Under the pieces are notes generated by a model that was given only the letters and a program-made list of their open reading frames with translations, was not told where the DNA came from and searched no databases. Positions 56,871 through 64,000 of a stretch of DNA of 64,000 bases are shown here, one piece after another. Location of the stretch: the NCBI GenBank assembly GCA_964343835.1, contig CAYFKR010000008.1, positions 64,318 to 128,317 on the forward strand. The letters run 5' to 3'. The DNA comes from an uncultured Fibrobacteraceae bacterium (GTDB taxonomy: Bacteria > Krumholzibacteriota > Krumholzibacteriia > LZORAL124-64-63). Within the stretch, counting starts at the first letter, position 1. The number at the start of each line of letters is the position of its first letter. Both the position numbers and the translations under genes were made by a program.

Positions 56871-59800
56871 CTAGCGGCTCAGGGTGGTGGCCACGACCGC
56901 GGGGGCGACGACTTCGTCGCGCTGTCCCGTGATCTCGTCCACCACCAGAAGGTGGATGATGTAGGTGCCGGCCTTGACCAGCTCGAAGGTGTCGGTGCGT
57001 CCGTCCCACTCCATGTCCAGACGATTGATCTCGGCCTCGCCGAGGTCGAACCGGCTGTCGAAGAGGTTGCGGACGACCCGGCCCTCCAGATCGAAGATCC
57101 GCACCTGGGCCTCGGAGCCGCTCGGGTAGGTGACGGTGAAGGGGAACGCCTCGCCCAGATAGGCCAGGAAGGTCTTCGCCGGCACGTTCAGGGAGAAGGG
57201 CGCCAGGATGTCCATCAGCATGGGCGCGGCCTCCCAGGAGGCCGGGAAGTACAGCACGTCCTCGCCGGTGTGCACGCTCACCCACCAGCTCACCGTGACG
57301 CCCTCGTCGAAGGCGGGCACGGAGCAGGACCAGGCGCCGGTCTCGTCGGCGGTCATGTCCACCGTGCGCTCCGAGCCGCCGTCCACCGCGTAGTGGAAGA
57401 CGATGGAGTCGGGGGTCTCCAGACCGTCCACGTCCACCAGTTCCAGGGTGAAGGTCGACGGCGTGCCCGCGGGGGGCTGCGGAGGCGAGAAGGCGAAGCC
57501 GGCCACGATCTCGCTGAACACGCCCGGGGTGCCGGTGTTGACCACCCAGGTGTTGCTCAGGTCCTCGCCGGTCTCGTCGTGGCCCAGGGTGCCGTTGCCG
57601 CCGGTGGTGGGCTCGGCGCCCTCGGTGGCGTCCAGGCGCTGGAACGTCTGGCCGATCTCGTGGGTGTCCAGGAACTGGTCCTGGGAGCCCACCGGCGTGT
57701 CGTCCTCGTAGGGCGTGCCGTTGATGGAGTAGTTGTTGCGGTACACGCGGGCGCTGGTGGACTCGCCCCACATGAACATGTCGATGTCCTTCACCAGGTC
57801 GCTGACCTGGTCCCAGTAGTACAGGACCATGATCTCGGCGCCGTTGGTGAGGGTCGCGGCGTCGCCGGTGGGACTGCCCAGGCGGCTGCCCGGGAAGACG
57901 TCCAGCAGGTCGGGCACGTCGTCGGACGAGGAGCCGTCCTCGATGAGCTCGAAGTCAGGCGCCACGGCCCAGACGCCCTCGAAGGCGTCGCTGCCGGCGA
58001 TGGAGATGGTCAGGCTCTGGCCCGGCTGGATCACCGCGTCGGCGGGGAAGCGGGCGTGGAAGTCGTAGAAGTCGCCGCCGCCGATGGTGGACTGCTGGGG
58101 GTTGCCCTCGGGCAGTCGCCAGTAGGCCTGCGTGTTGTAGACGGCGTCGGTCAGGTAGTAGTTGTCCAGCTCCACGGCCTCGTTCGTCGGGTTGTAGATC
58201 TCGACGAACTCGTGGGTGGTCCCCATGACGCAGACCTCCGTCAGCAGCAGCTTCGGAGGGTTGGGTACGGGTTCGAGGGGCTCCTGGATCGTGAAGGTCT
58301 CCACGGTGCCGGGGGCGCCGGCGGGCCAGACGGCGGTGTCGCCGCCCGAGGCCGTGGCCGTGACGTACCAGGTGACCACGGCATCGAGGGCCTGGGTCGG
58401 GATGTCGCCCGACCACATGCCGCCGCCACCGTCGGTGCAGGTCACGTTCGCGTAGGCGCCGCCGTCGACGGCGTAGCTCAGGGTCACGCCTGTGACCGGC
58501 ACCAGGTTGACCACCGTGGCGGTGACCGTGGTGGGCTCGTCGGGGTTGGGCCGCGCAGGCGAAGTGGAGGCGGCGGTGATGGTCAGCGACTCGGAGCTGA
58601 ACTCGCCGGGGGTGCCGGCGGTGGCGACCACCCAGGTGGAGCTGACGTTCTCGCCGGTCTCGTCGTCGCCGCCGGGACCATTGCCCACCAGGTCGGGCTC
58701 GCTGCCCTCGGAGGGGTCGATGCGCTCGAAGGTGCCGCCGATCTCGTGGGCGGTCATGAACCGGTCCTGGGATGCGACCGGAGTGTCGGCCTGGTAGGTA
58801 GACGAACCGATGGTGTAGCCGGTGCGGTCCACCGCGGCGCTCGTGCTGGAGCCCCACATGAACATGTCCACGTCGGAGACCAGTTCCGTCACGCCGTCCC
58901 AGTAGTACAGCACCAGGATCTCGGCGCTGTTGGTCAGGGTGGCGGCGGCGGAGCCGTCCGGGGCGCCCAGCAGGCTGCCCGGGAAGATCTCGCGCATGTC
59001 CGCCACGTCGTCGGCGGAACCGCCGTCCTCGAGGAGCTCGAAGTCGGGGTCCATGCCCCAGACGGAGCTGAAGGCGTCGCTGCCGGCGATGGAGATGGTC
59101 AGGGTCTCCCCCGGGCCGATCTCGGCGTCGGCCGGGAAGCGGGCGTGGAAGTCGTTGAAGTCGCCGCCGCCGACGGTGTTCTGGGCCGGGCTGCCCTCGG
59201 GCAGGCGCCAGTAGCCCTGGTCGTTGTAGACGGCGTCGGTGAGGTAGTAGTCGTCCAGGGACACGGCCTCGTCGGTCGGGTTGTGGATCTCGACGAACTC
59301 GTGGTCGGTGCCCTGCACGCAGACCTCGGTCAGCAGCAGGTGCACGGGACCGTCGCCCGGATCCGGGGCCTCCTGGACCGTGTAGGTGGTGGCGTAGAAG
59401 GGGGCGTTGGCCGGGGCCTGGGCGGTGCCGCCGCCGGTGCCGACGGCCTCGAACCACCAGGCCACCTGGGCGCCGAGGGCCTGGGCCGGGATCTGGGCGC
59501 TCCAGTCGTCGCCGGCGGCCGAGGCCGCAACGTCGGTCCAGGCGCCGCCGTCCACGCTGTAGTGCAGCGTGGCCGAGGCGACCGCGTCGTTGGCCAGCAC
59601 CGTGGCCGTGACGTTCACCGGGAAGCCCACGTAGGCCGTGGCCGGCGAGGCCTCCAGGGCCGTCACGATGGGCGAGGGAGCCGGGCCCGTGCCGGTGGAG
59701 GCCGGGGTCTGGTCGCCCGTGTTGGTCCAGGTGGAGGTCAGGGGCTCGCTGGTCTCGTCGTCGCCGCCGGAGCCGTTGCCGCCGGTGGCGGTCTCGCCCG

Positions 59801-60587
59801 TCTCCTCGGCGTCGGTACGGACCAGGGCGTCGCCGTAGGTGTGGACGGCCAGGTCGTCCTGGGCGGCCACCGGGGTGTCCGCCTGGTAGGCGGTGGCCGT
59901 CTCGTCGGCGTCAGGGCCGTCCACGCTCACGCCGGTCTTGTCGACGCGGTAGACGTTGGAGGTGCCCCACAGCACGTAGTCCAGGTCGGTGACCAGGTCC
60001 GAGGCGCCGTCCCAGGTGTACAGCACCAGGCTCTCGCCGCTGTCGCCGAGCCAGCCTTCGCTGGGCAGGTCGTTGGTGCCGGTGCTGCCGAGGCCGAAGG
60101 CGATGGCGCCGGGGAAGGCCTCGCGCATGTCCGGCACGGCGTCGGGGGCGCTGCCGTCCTCGAAGAGCTCGAAGTCGGGGGCCTCGCCGGGGTAGGACAG
60201 GGCGAAGAGGTCGGAACCCCGCAGGGAGATCACGAAGGTCTCTCCTGCTCCCAGGGTGGTGCCGTCGGGGAAGCGGGCGTTGAAGTCGCCGCCGGTACCG
60301 CCGCCGCCCGCCTGGCCGCCCTCGACGAGCTGCCAGTAGCCGGAGCCGGTGTAGAGGGCGTCGGTCAGGTAGACGTCGGAAAGGTCCACGGCCGCCGCGG
60401 TGGGGTTGTGGATCTTCACGTACTCGCTGCCGAAGGACGGAATGCCCGGCCGCTCCCGCATCACCACTTCGGCGATCTGCAGGTGGTCGGCCGCGGCCGA
60501 GGCGATCGTCGGGACGAACGCCAGGACGGCGGCGAGGGCCAGCAGCGCCTTGGTGACGGCGTGCGTGCTCCTGTTCGGGTATGTCAT
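56871..60587 (-). CDS. 1238-aa secreted protein with three tandem lamin-tail-domain (LTD) repeats and a T9SS-type / FlgD-Ig-like C-terminal sorting domain
   Basis: Signal peptide. LTD core repeated three times: LQIAEVV...EYVKIHNPTAAAVDLSDVYLTD, LLLTEVCVQGTDHEFVEIHNPTDEAVSLDDYYLTD, LLLTEVCVMGTTHEFVEIYNPTNEAVELDNYYLTD. Each repeat continues ...YWRLPEG...GGGDF.DFHARFPADA.I.PG..LTISIAGSDAF. C-terminus AQVRIFDLEGRVVRNLFD...EWDGRTD.FELVKAGTYIIHL. Confidence 0.6.
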   Translation of the reverse strand: MTYPNRSTHAVTKALLALAAVLAFVPTIASAAADHLQIAEVVMRERPGIPSFGSEYVKIHNPTAAAVDLSDVYLTDALYTGSGYWQLVEGGQAGGGGTGGDFNARFPDGTTLGAGETFVISLRGSDLFALSYPGEAPDFELFEDGSAPDAVPDMREAFPGAIAFGLGSTGTNDLPSEGWLGDSGESLVLYTWDGASDLVTDLDYVLWGTSNVYRVDKTGVSVDGPDADETATAYQADTPVAAQDDLAVHTYGDALVRTDAEETGETATGGNGSGGDDETSEPLTSTWTNTGDQTPASTGTGPAPSPIVTALEASPATAYVGFPVNVTATVLANDAVASATLHYSVDGGAWTDVAASAAGDDWSAQIPAQALGAQVAWWFEAVGTGGGTAQAPANAPFYATTYTVQEAPDPGDGPVHLLLTEVCVQGTDHEFVEIHNPTDEAVSLDDYYLTDAVYNDQGYWRLPEGSPAQNTVGGGDFNDFHARFPADAEIGPGETLTISIAGSDAFSSVWGMDPDFELLEDGGSADDVADMREIFPGSLLGAPDGSAAATLTNSAEILVLYYWDGVTELVSDVDMFMWGSSTSAAVDRTGYTIGSSTYQADTPVASQDRFMTAHEIGGTFERIDPSEGSEPDLVGNGPGGDDETGENVSSTWVVATAGTPGEFSSESLTITAASTSPARPNPDEPTTVTATVVNLVPVTGVTLSYAVDGGAYANVTCTDGGGGMWSGDIPTQALDAVVTWYVTATASGGDTAVWPAGAPGTVETFTIQEPLEPVPNPPKLLLTEVCVMGTTHEFVEIYNPTNEAVELDNYYLTDAVYNTQAYWRLPEGNPQQSTIGGGDFYDFHARFPADAVIQPGQSLTISIAGSDAFEGVWAVAPDFELIEDGSSSDDVPDLLDVFPGSRLGSPTGDAATLTNGAEIMVLYYWDQVSDLVKDIDMFMWGESTSARVYRNNYSINGTPYEDDTPVGSQDQFLDTHEIGQTFQRLDATEGAEPTTGGNGTLGHDETGEDLSNTWVVNTGTPGVFSEIVAGFAFSPPQPPAGTPSTFTLELVDVDGLETPDSIVFHYAVDGGSERTVDMTADETGAWSCSVPAFDEGVTVSWWVSVHTGEDVLYFPASWEAAPMLMDILAPFSLNVPAKTFLAYLGEAFPFTVTYPSGSEAQVRIFDLEGRVVRNLFDSRFDLGEAEINRLDMEWDGRTDTFELVKAGTYIIHLLVVDEITGQRDEVVAPAVVATTLSR
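57800..60500 (-). repeat. three tandem intragenic repeats of about 0.95-1.0 kb encoding the LTD-containing units
   Basis: Repeated nucleotide stretches (for example GAAGTCGCCGCCGCCGA(T/C)GGTG..., CTCGAAGTCGGGG..., GTAGTACAGCACCAGGATCTCGGCGC...) at roughly 1-kb spacing. They parallel the protein repeats. Confidence 0.5.
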
Positions 60588-60699
60588 CGGATCCCGCTCC
60601 CTTTCTGAAGGGGTCGTACGGACTGGGGTTCACAGGTGGCTCGATGTTGGCCGGCAAACATAGGCCAACCGGAGCCTCGATTCAACAGGGTCGGGGGCG

Positions 60700-61161
60700 T
60701 CAGCCCTGGGGGGCCGGATCGCCGAAGCAGGCCAGCAGTTCCTCTGCCGTCGCCGCTCCTCGCAGGCAATCCAGGAAACCGTCTTCACGGACGGCGCGCA
60801 CGAGGCGTGCGAGCAGCCGCAGCATGGTCCGGGGATCCGTCTCCGGGCCGACGATCAGGAAGAGCACGTCCACCTCGGCGTCGGGGCCGTGCTCGTGGGG
60901 TACCGGGGCTTCCAGGGTCGCCACGGCGAGTCGTGGGGTGGTCACATGACGCGATCGTACGTGCGGAATGGCCACGCCGCGGCCCACGGCGGTGTCGCCG
61001 ACGAGCTCGCGGGCCAGGATGTCGCGCAACAGCGCCTCATCGTCCGCCACCACGCCGTCGCGGGCCAGGGCTTGGACGAGACGCGCGATGGCCTTATCCT
61101 TGGCATCGCAGTCCAGACGGGGCAACATGCAGGTGCCCGCGGTGAAATCCTGAAGCATCAT
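60700..61161 (-). CDS. PTS EIIA (PtsN-like) protein, second paralogue
   Basis: Phospho-histidine region TAVGRGVAIPHVRS. Same fold and length as the gene at 48076..48537. Confidence 0.65.
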   Translation of the reverse strand: MMLQDFTAGTCMLPRLDCDAKDKAIARLVQALARDGVVADDEALLRDILARELVGDTAVGRGVAIPHVRSRHVTTPRLAVATLEAPVPHEHGPDAEVDVLFLIVGPETDPRTMLRLLARLVRAVREDGFLDCLRGAATAEELLACFGDPAPQG

Positions 61162-61217
61162 GGCCCCCAACTGTAACGACAGCCCATGACCCTGTCCAGA
61201 GTCGGAAACGAGAAACC

Positions 61218-62714
61218 TTGGCTTACCGGGATCCCTTCGCTCCACTGACACGACGACGCCGGCTGGCGGCCCTCCGGGACCGTGCGGTGCGGGGCCTGCT
61301 GCGTCCGTTTCGGGGCACCCGCGTGGGTCACAGCGGCGACGGCCCGCCGAGCCTGCTGGTGGTAGCCGTGGACACGCTGCGCGACGATCACGTCGGGGAC
61401 AGGCGGACCGGCGAATCCCTGACCCCGGCCATGGATCGCCTCGCCGCCGAAGGCGTACGCTACTCATCCGTGTCCGCCCCCGCCCCCTGGACCCTCCCCT
61501 CGTTCACCAGCGCCCTGACCGGCGTGATGCCCACGGTCCACGGCGCCGGCATGACCGGCGGCATGCGCAACATGGCCCACGACGCCCCGCGCCCCCTGCC
61601 GGATCGGGCCGTGACCCTGGCCCGCCACCTCGGCGCCCAGGGCTACGCCACCGCGGCCTTCCACTCCAATCCCTTCGTGACCTTCGGCCTGGCCGAGAGC
61701 TTCGGCGAGCACCACTACCGCAACCACGCCTGCGCCGACGTGGCCGCCGGCGCCCTGGACTGGATCCGCCGCCACGGCGACCGTCCGTTCTTCTGCTTCG
61801 TGCTGTTCAACGACCCCCACGAGCCCACCCTGCCGACCCCGCGTCACTTCGGCCCCCTGCTCGAGGCCGCCGGGCAGGGCCCCGGCACATGGTCGCCGGA
61901 AGACCTGCGCTCCCTGGCCCGCTGGGGCGGCACCGACGCCGCGCCCCACCTGGGCCGCGAGCCCCTCCCCCTGTCCGACGCCGCCCGCCGGACCCTGGAC
62001 GCCAAGCTGGCCCTCTACGGCGGCGCGGTCGCGTCGGTGGACGCGGCCCTGGACGGCATGCTGCGCCAGCTCGAGCGCTGGGGCCTGGACGGCACCACCC
62101 TGGTGACGGTGCTGTCCGACCACGGCGAAGAATTCCTGGAGCACACCGAGGCCGCCCACGCCTGGAACCACGACCCCCGCGACCTGCGGGCCATCGGCCA
62201 CGGCCACACCCTGTTCGAGGAACTGCTCCACGTGCCGTGGATCGCCCGGGGACCGGGGTTGCCGAACGGAGCCCTGCGCAGCGGCGACGTCTCCCTGTGC
62301 GACGTGGGCCCGACGCTGAGCCGCTGGCTGGGCGCCCCCGACCTGCCGCTGCCCGCGGTGGACATGCCCGAGCTCCTGGGTGGCCCCCTGCCGGCGGACG
62401 GCGACGACGACGCCCCGCGGATCCTCCTGGCGGAGAACATCGCCTACGGACCGGATCTGGTGTCGGTGAGGAAGGGGACCTGGAAGCTGACGGCCCACCG
62501 CGACGGACGCGTGCTGGCCCTGCATGATCTGGGAGATGATCCCGGCGAGATGCGGGACCGGGCCGACGACCATCCGCAGATGCTGGCGGAACTCAGCGCC
62601 GTGCTCGACCGCTGGCGCGAAGCGGCGGCCCGGGGCGACGACGGCGGCGACGGCTGGGAGTCGACGGACGAGCGGATCCTCCGCCAGCTGCGGGAGCTGG
62701 GCTACGCGGAGTAG
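61218..62714 (+). CDS. sulfatase-like hydrolase (alkaline-phosphatase superfamily) lacking the canonical C/S-x-P-x-R formylglycine motif
   Basis: LLVVAVDTLRDD metal-binding start. The signature position reads APWTLPSFTSALTG instead of (C/S)xPxRxxxxTG. C-terminal TVLSDHGEEF. Confidence 0.6.
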   Translation: MAYRDPFAPLTRRRRLAALRDRAVRGLLRPFRGTRVGHSGDGPPSLLVVAVDTLRDDHVGDRRTGESLTPAMDRLAAEGVRYSSVSAPAPWTLPSFTSALTGVMPTVHGAGMTGGMRNMAHDAPRPLPDRAVTLARHLGAQGYATAAFHSNPFVTFGLAESFGEHHYRNHACADVAAGALDWIRRHGDRPFFCFVLFNDPHEPTLPTPRHFGPLLEAAGQGPGTWSPEDLRSLARWGGTDAAPHLGREPLPLSDAARRTLDAKLALYGGAVASVDAALDGMLRQLERWGLDGTTLVTVLSDHGEEFLEHTEAAHAWNHDPRDLRAIGHGHTLFEELLHVPWIARGPGLPNGALRSGDVSLCDVGPTLSRWLGAPDLPLPAVDMPELLGGPLPADGDDDAPRILLAENIAYGPDLVSVRKGTWKLTAHRDGRVLALHDLGDDPGEMRDRADDHPQMLAELSAVLDRWREAAARGDDGGDGWESTDERILRQLRELGYAE

Positions 62715-63909
62715 CCCCGGCGGCCGAGCCGAGGGCCAGGCCGAGGACCAGGAAGAAGACCAGGCTCATCTCGGCGTCGCCGAAGGACCAGTCCACCAGC
62801 CCCACCACGTTCAGCACCACCCACACGCCCAGTCCGGCCACGAGCCAGGTGTCGGCCCAGGACGGCCAGCGTCCCCGCTCGCGCAGGCGGTCCAGGCGCA
62901 GGCGCCACAGCCGCCGGCCCGCGGCCAGCAGGAACCACGTGCCCAGCCCCAGTCCGGGCAGTCCCCAGAGCACGGCCATCATCACCTGGTTCTGGTGGAA
63001 ATGACGCAGGCGCACGTCGATGCGCCGGCCGCCGCGCCATTTGTGGTAGGTGGGCGAGTAGTCCTCGAGGCTGCGGTCCCCCACGCCCGTGATCGGATGC
63101 TCGCGGACCAGGTCGGACCCGATCCCCCACATCTCGATGCGCTGGGCGTTGGTGCGGAACTCCGGGTCGAAGATTGTGGCCGCCCGTTCCCGGACCGATG
63201 CGGGACCGGCCAGCAGCACCACGGCTCCCGCCACCGCCAGGGCCGGCAGCCAGCGGGGGCGCAACAGGGCCAGCACGGCGGTCATCCCGCCGGCGGCGCC
63301 GATCCAGCCGCTGCGGGTCCACGTGAACAGCAGGATGGCCAGGATCACCGGCACCGCCGTCCACCCCGCCACCCGCGCCCGCCACGACGGCGCCGACAGG
63401 GCCATGGCGAAAGCCACCGTGGCCGCCACGGCCATGAGCCAGGCGCCGGTCATGGGGCTGTGCTGGAGCAGGCCGTTGCGGCCGGAGAAGTCGCCGGCGG
63501 CGATCACGTCCACCCCCAGGGACCAAGCCGCATTGACGAAGGCCGCGGTCACGAAGGCCCCCAGCATCCAGGCCCGGGCCCGCTCGTCGCGGGCGGCGGC
63601 GTAGCCCACCCACAGCGGGGCGTACAGGAAGAAGCGCTTGGTCATGGCCAGGCTGGCCGGGATGTCGGTGCTGAAGGGGATGGTCAGCAGGGCCCAGCCC
63701 GTGAAGAGTCCCAGGGGCAGCTCCAGGCCGGTACGCGGCCATGGCCACCAACCGAGGCGCACGCCTGCCAGAAGCAGGAGCAGGGAGCAACCCAGCAGGA
63801 TCTGCGAGACGGCGATGGACAGCACCGAGGCGGCGGCCAGGGCCGTCACCAGGCCCAGGAGCCAGGTGCGGGCCCGGTCGGCGCCCGGTGTTGCCGTCGT
63901 CGTCGTCAT
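62593..63909 (-). CDS. O-antigen ligase / polymerase-like (Wzy_C family) polytopic membrane protein
   Basis: At least 10 TM helices with a large periplasmic loop. The low-complexity C-terminal tail overlaps the convergent sulfatase gene, so the true 3' end is uncertain. Confidence 0.4.
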   Translation of the reverse strand: MTTTTATPGADRARTWLLGLVTALAAASVLSIAVSQILLGCSLLLLLAGVRLGWWPWPRTGLELPLGLFTGWALLTIPFSTDIPASLAMTKRFFLYAPLWVGYAAARDERARAWMLGAFVTAAFVNAAWSLGVDVIAAGDFSGRNGLLQHSPMTGAWLMAVAATVAFAMALSAPSWRARVAGWTAVPVILAILLFTWTRSGWIGAAGGMTAVLALLRPRWLPALAVAGAVVLLAGPASVRERAATIFDPEFRTNAQRIEMWGIGSDLVREHPITGVGDRSLEDYSPTYHKWRGGRRIDVRLRHFHQNQVMMAVLWGLPGLGLGTWFLLAAGRRLWRLRLDRLRERGRWPSWADTWLVAGLGVWVVLNVVGLVDWSFGDAEMSLVFFLVLGLALGSAAGATPRSPAPAAGGGSARPSTPSRRRRRRPGPPLRASGRARR

Positions 63910-63910
63910 C

Positions 63911-64000
63911 TCAGAGGGACACCTTCGCCGTGACCTGGTCGGCCAGGGAGAGGAAGGCGTCGCGGGCGGGGCCTTCGCCGGACTCCACCACGGGGCGGCC
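63911..64000 (-). CDS. C-terminal end of a probable Mrp/ApbC-family Fe-S cluster carrier ATPase (partial, continues beyond window)
   Basis: Minus-strand translation ...GRPVVESGEGPARDAFLSLADQVTAKVSL-stop. Resembles the conserved ApbC C-terminus. Very short fragment. Confidence 0.3.
   Translation of the reverse strand, partial: GRPVVESGEGPARDAFLSLADQVTAKVSL

Noticed and set aside
62593-62714. 120-nt 3'-end overlap between the sulfatase-like gene and the O-antigen-ligase-like gene
   Set aside because: Could be a real convergent overlap. The ligase ORF's low-complexity tail suggests instead an earlier true stop or a frameshift. Not promoted to a separate finding, but noted under the sulfatase finding.
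1-64000. CRISPR arrays, IS elements/transposases, integrases or prophage genes
   Set aside because: No regularly spaced direct repeats with spacers. No DDE-transposase, tyrosine-recombinase or phage structural motifs recognised. No GC-content island apart from short promoter patches.

Overview
High-GC (~70%) bacterial chromosomal window, about 90% coding, with most genes on the minus strand. Many long ORFs in the supplied track are GC-frame artefacts; I called only those with protein-like sequence and recognisable motifs.

Housekeeping genes: alr, fur, a DnaQ-like exonuclease, hup, accD-folC plus a ROK kinase, a large LptD/OstA-like protein, serS, pyrF-pyrE, the tsaE-tsaB-rimI cluster, tmk, rsmI, nadE, trkH-trkA, ltaE, rsgA, a site-2 protease, a heptosyltransferase, a CtpA-type protease and a methionine gamma-lyase-like PLP enzyme.

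Two accessory loci stand out:
- An outer-membrane locus (about 50.4-60.6 kb, minus strand): a 1238-aa protein with three lamin-tail-domain repeats and a T9SS/FlgD-Ig-like C-terminal domain, two FadL/PorV/PorQ-like beta-barrels, an 841-aa helix-hairpin-helix (ComEA-like) beta-barrel fusion, and a secreted UshA-like 5'-nucleotidase.
- A six-gene minus-strand block (25.1-32.8 kb): two ABC ATPase/ABC-2 permease pairs and an active plus an inactive M16 peptidase.

Single genes of note: a PorX-like response regulator (receiver-PglZ) directly linked to a sensor kinase; a signal-peptide / degenerate 5'-nucleotidase-type metallophosphatase / tetraheme cytochrome c fusion whose frame is interrupted by one in-frame TGA followed 12 nt later by an fdhF-type SECIS-like hairpin, making it a candidate selenoprotein; two EIIA-Ntr paralogues; a stand-alone Clp-D2-type AAA+ ATPase; and several small zinc-ribbon proteins.

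The T9SS-type components suggest the FCB (Fibrobacteres-Chlorobi-Bacteroidetes) superphylum, such as Gemmatimonadota or Rhodothermaeota, with low confidence. No rRNA, tRNA, CRISPR or obvious mobile element was seen.
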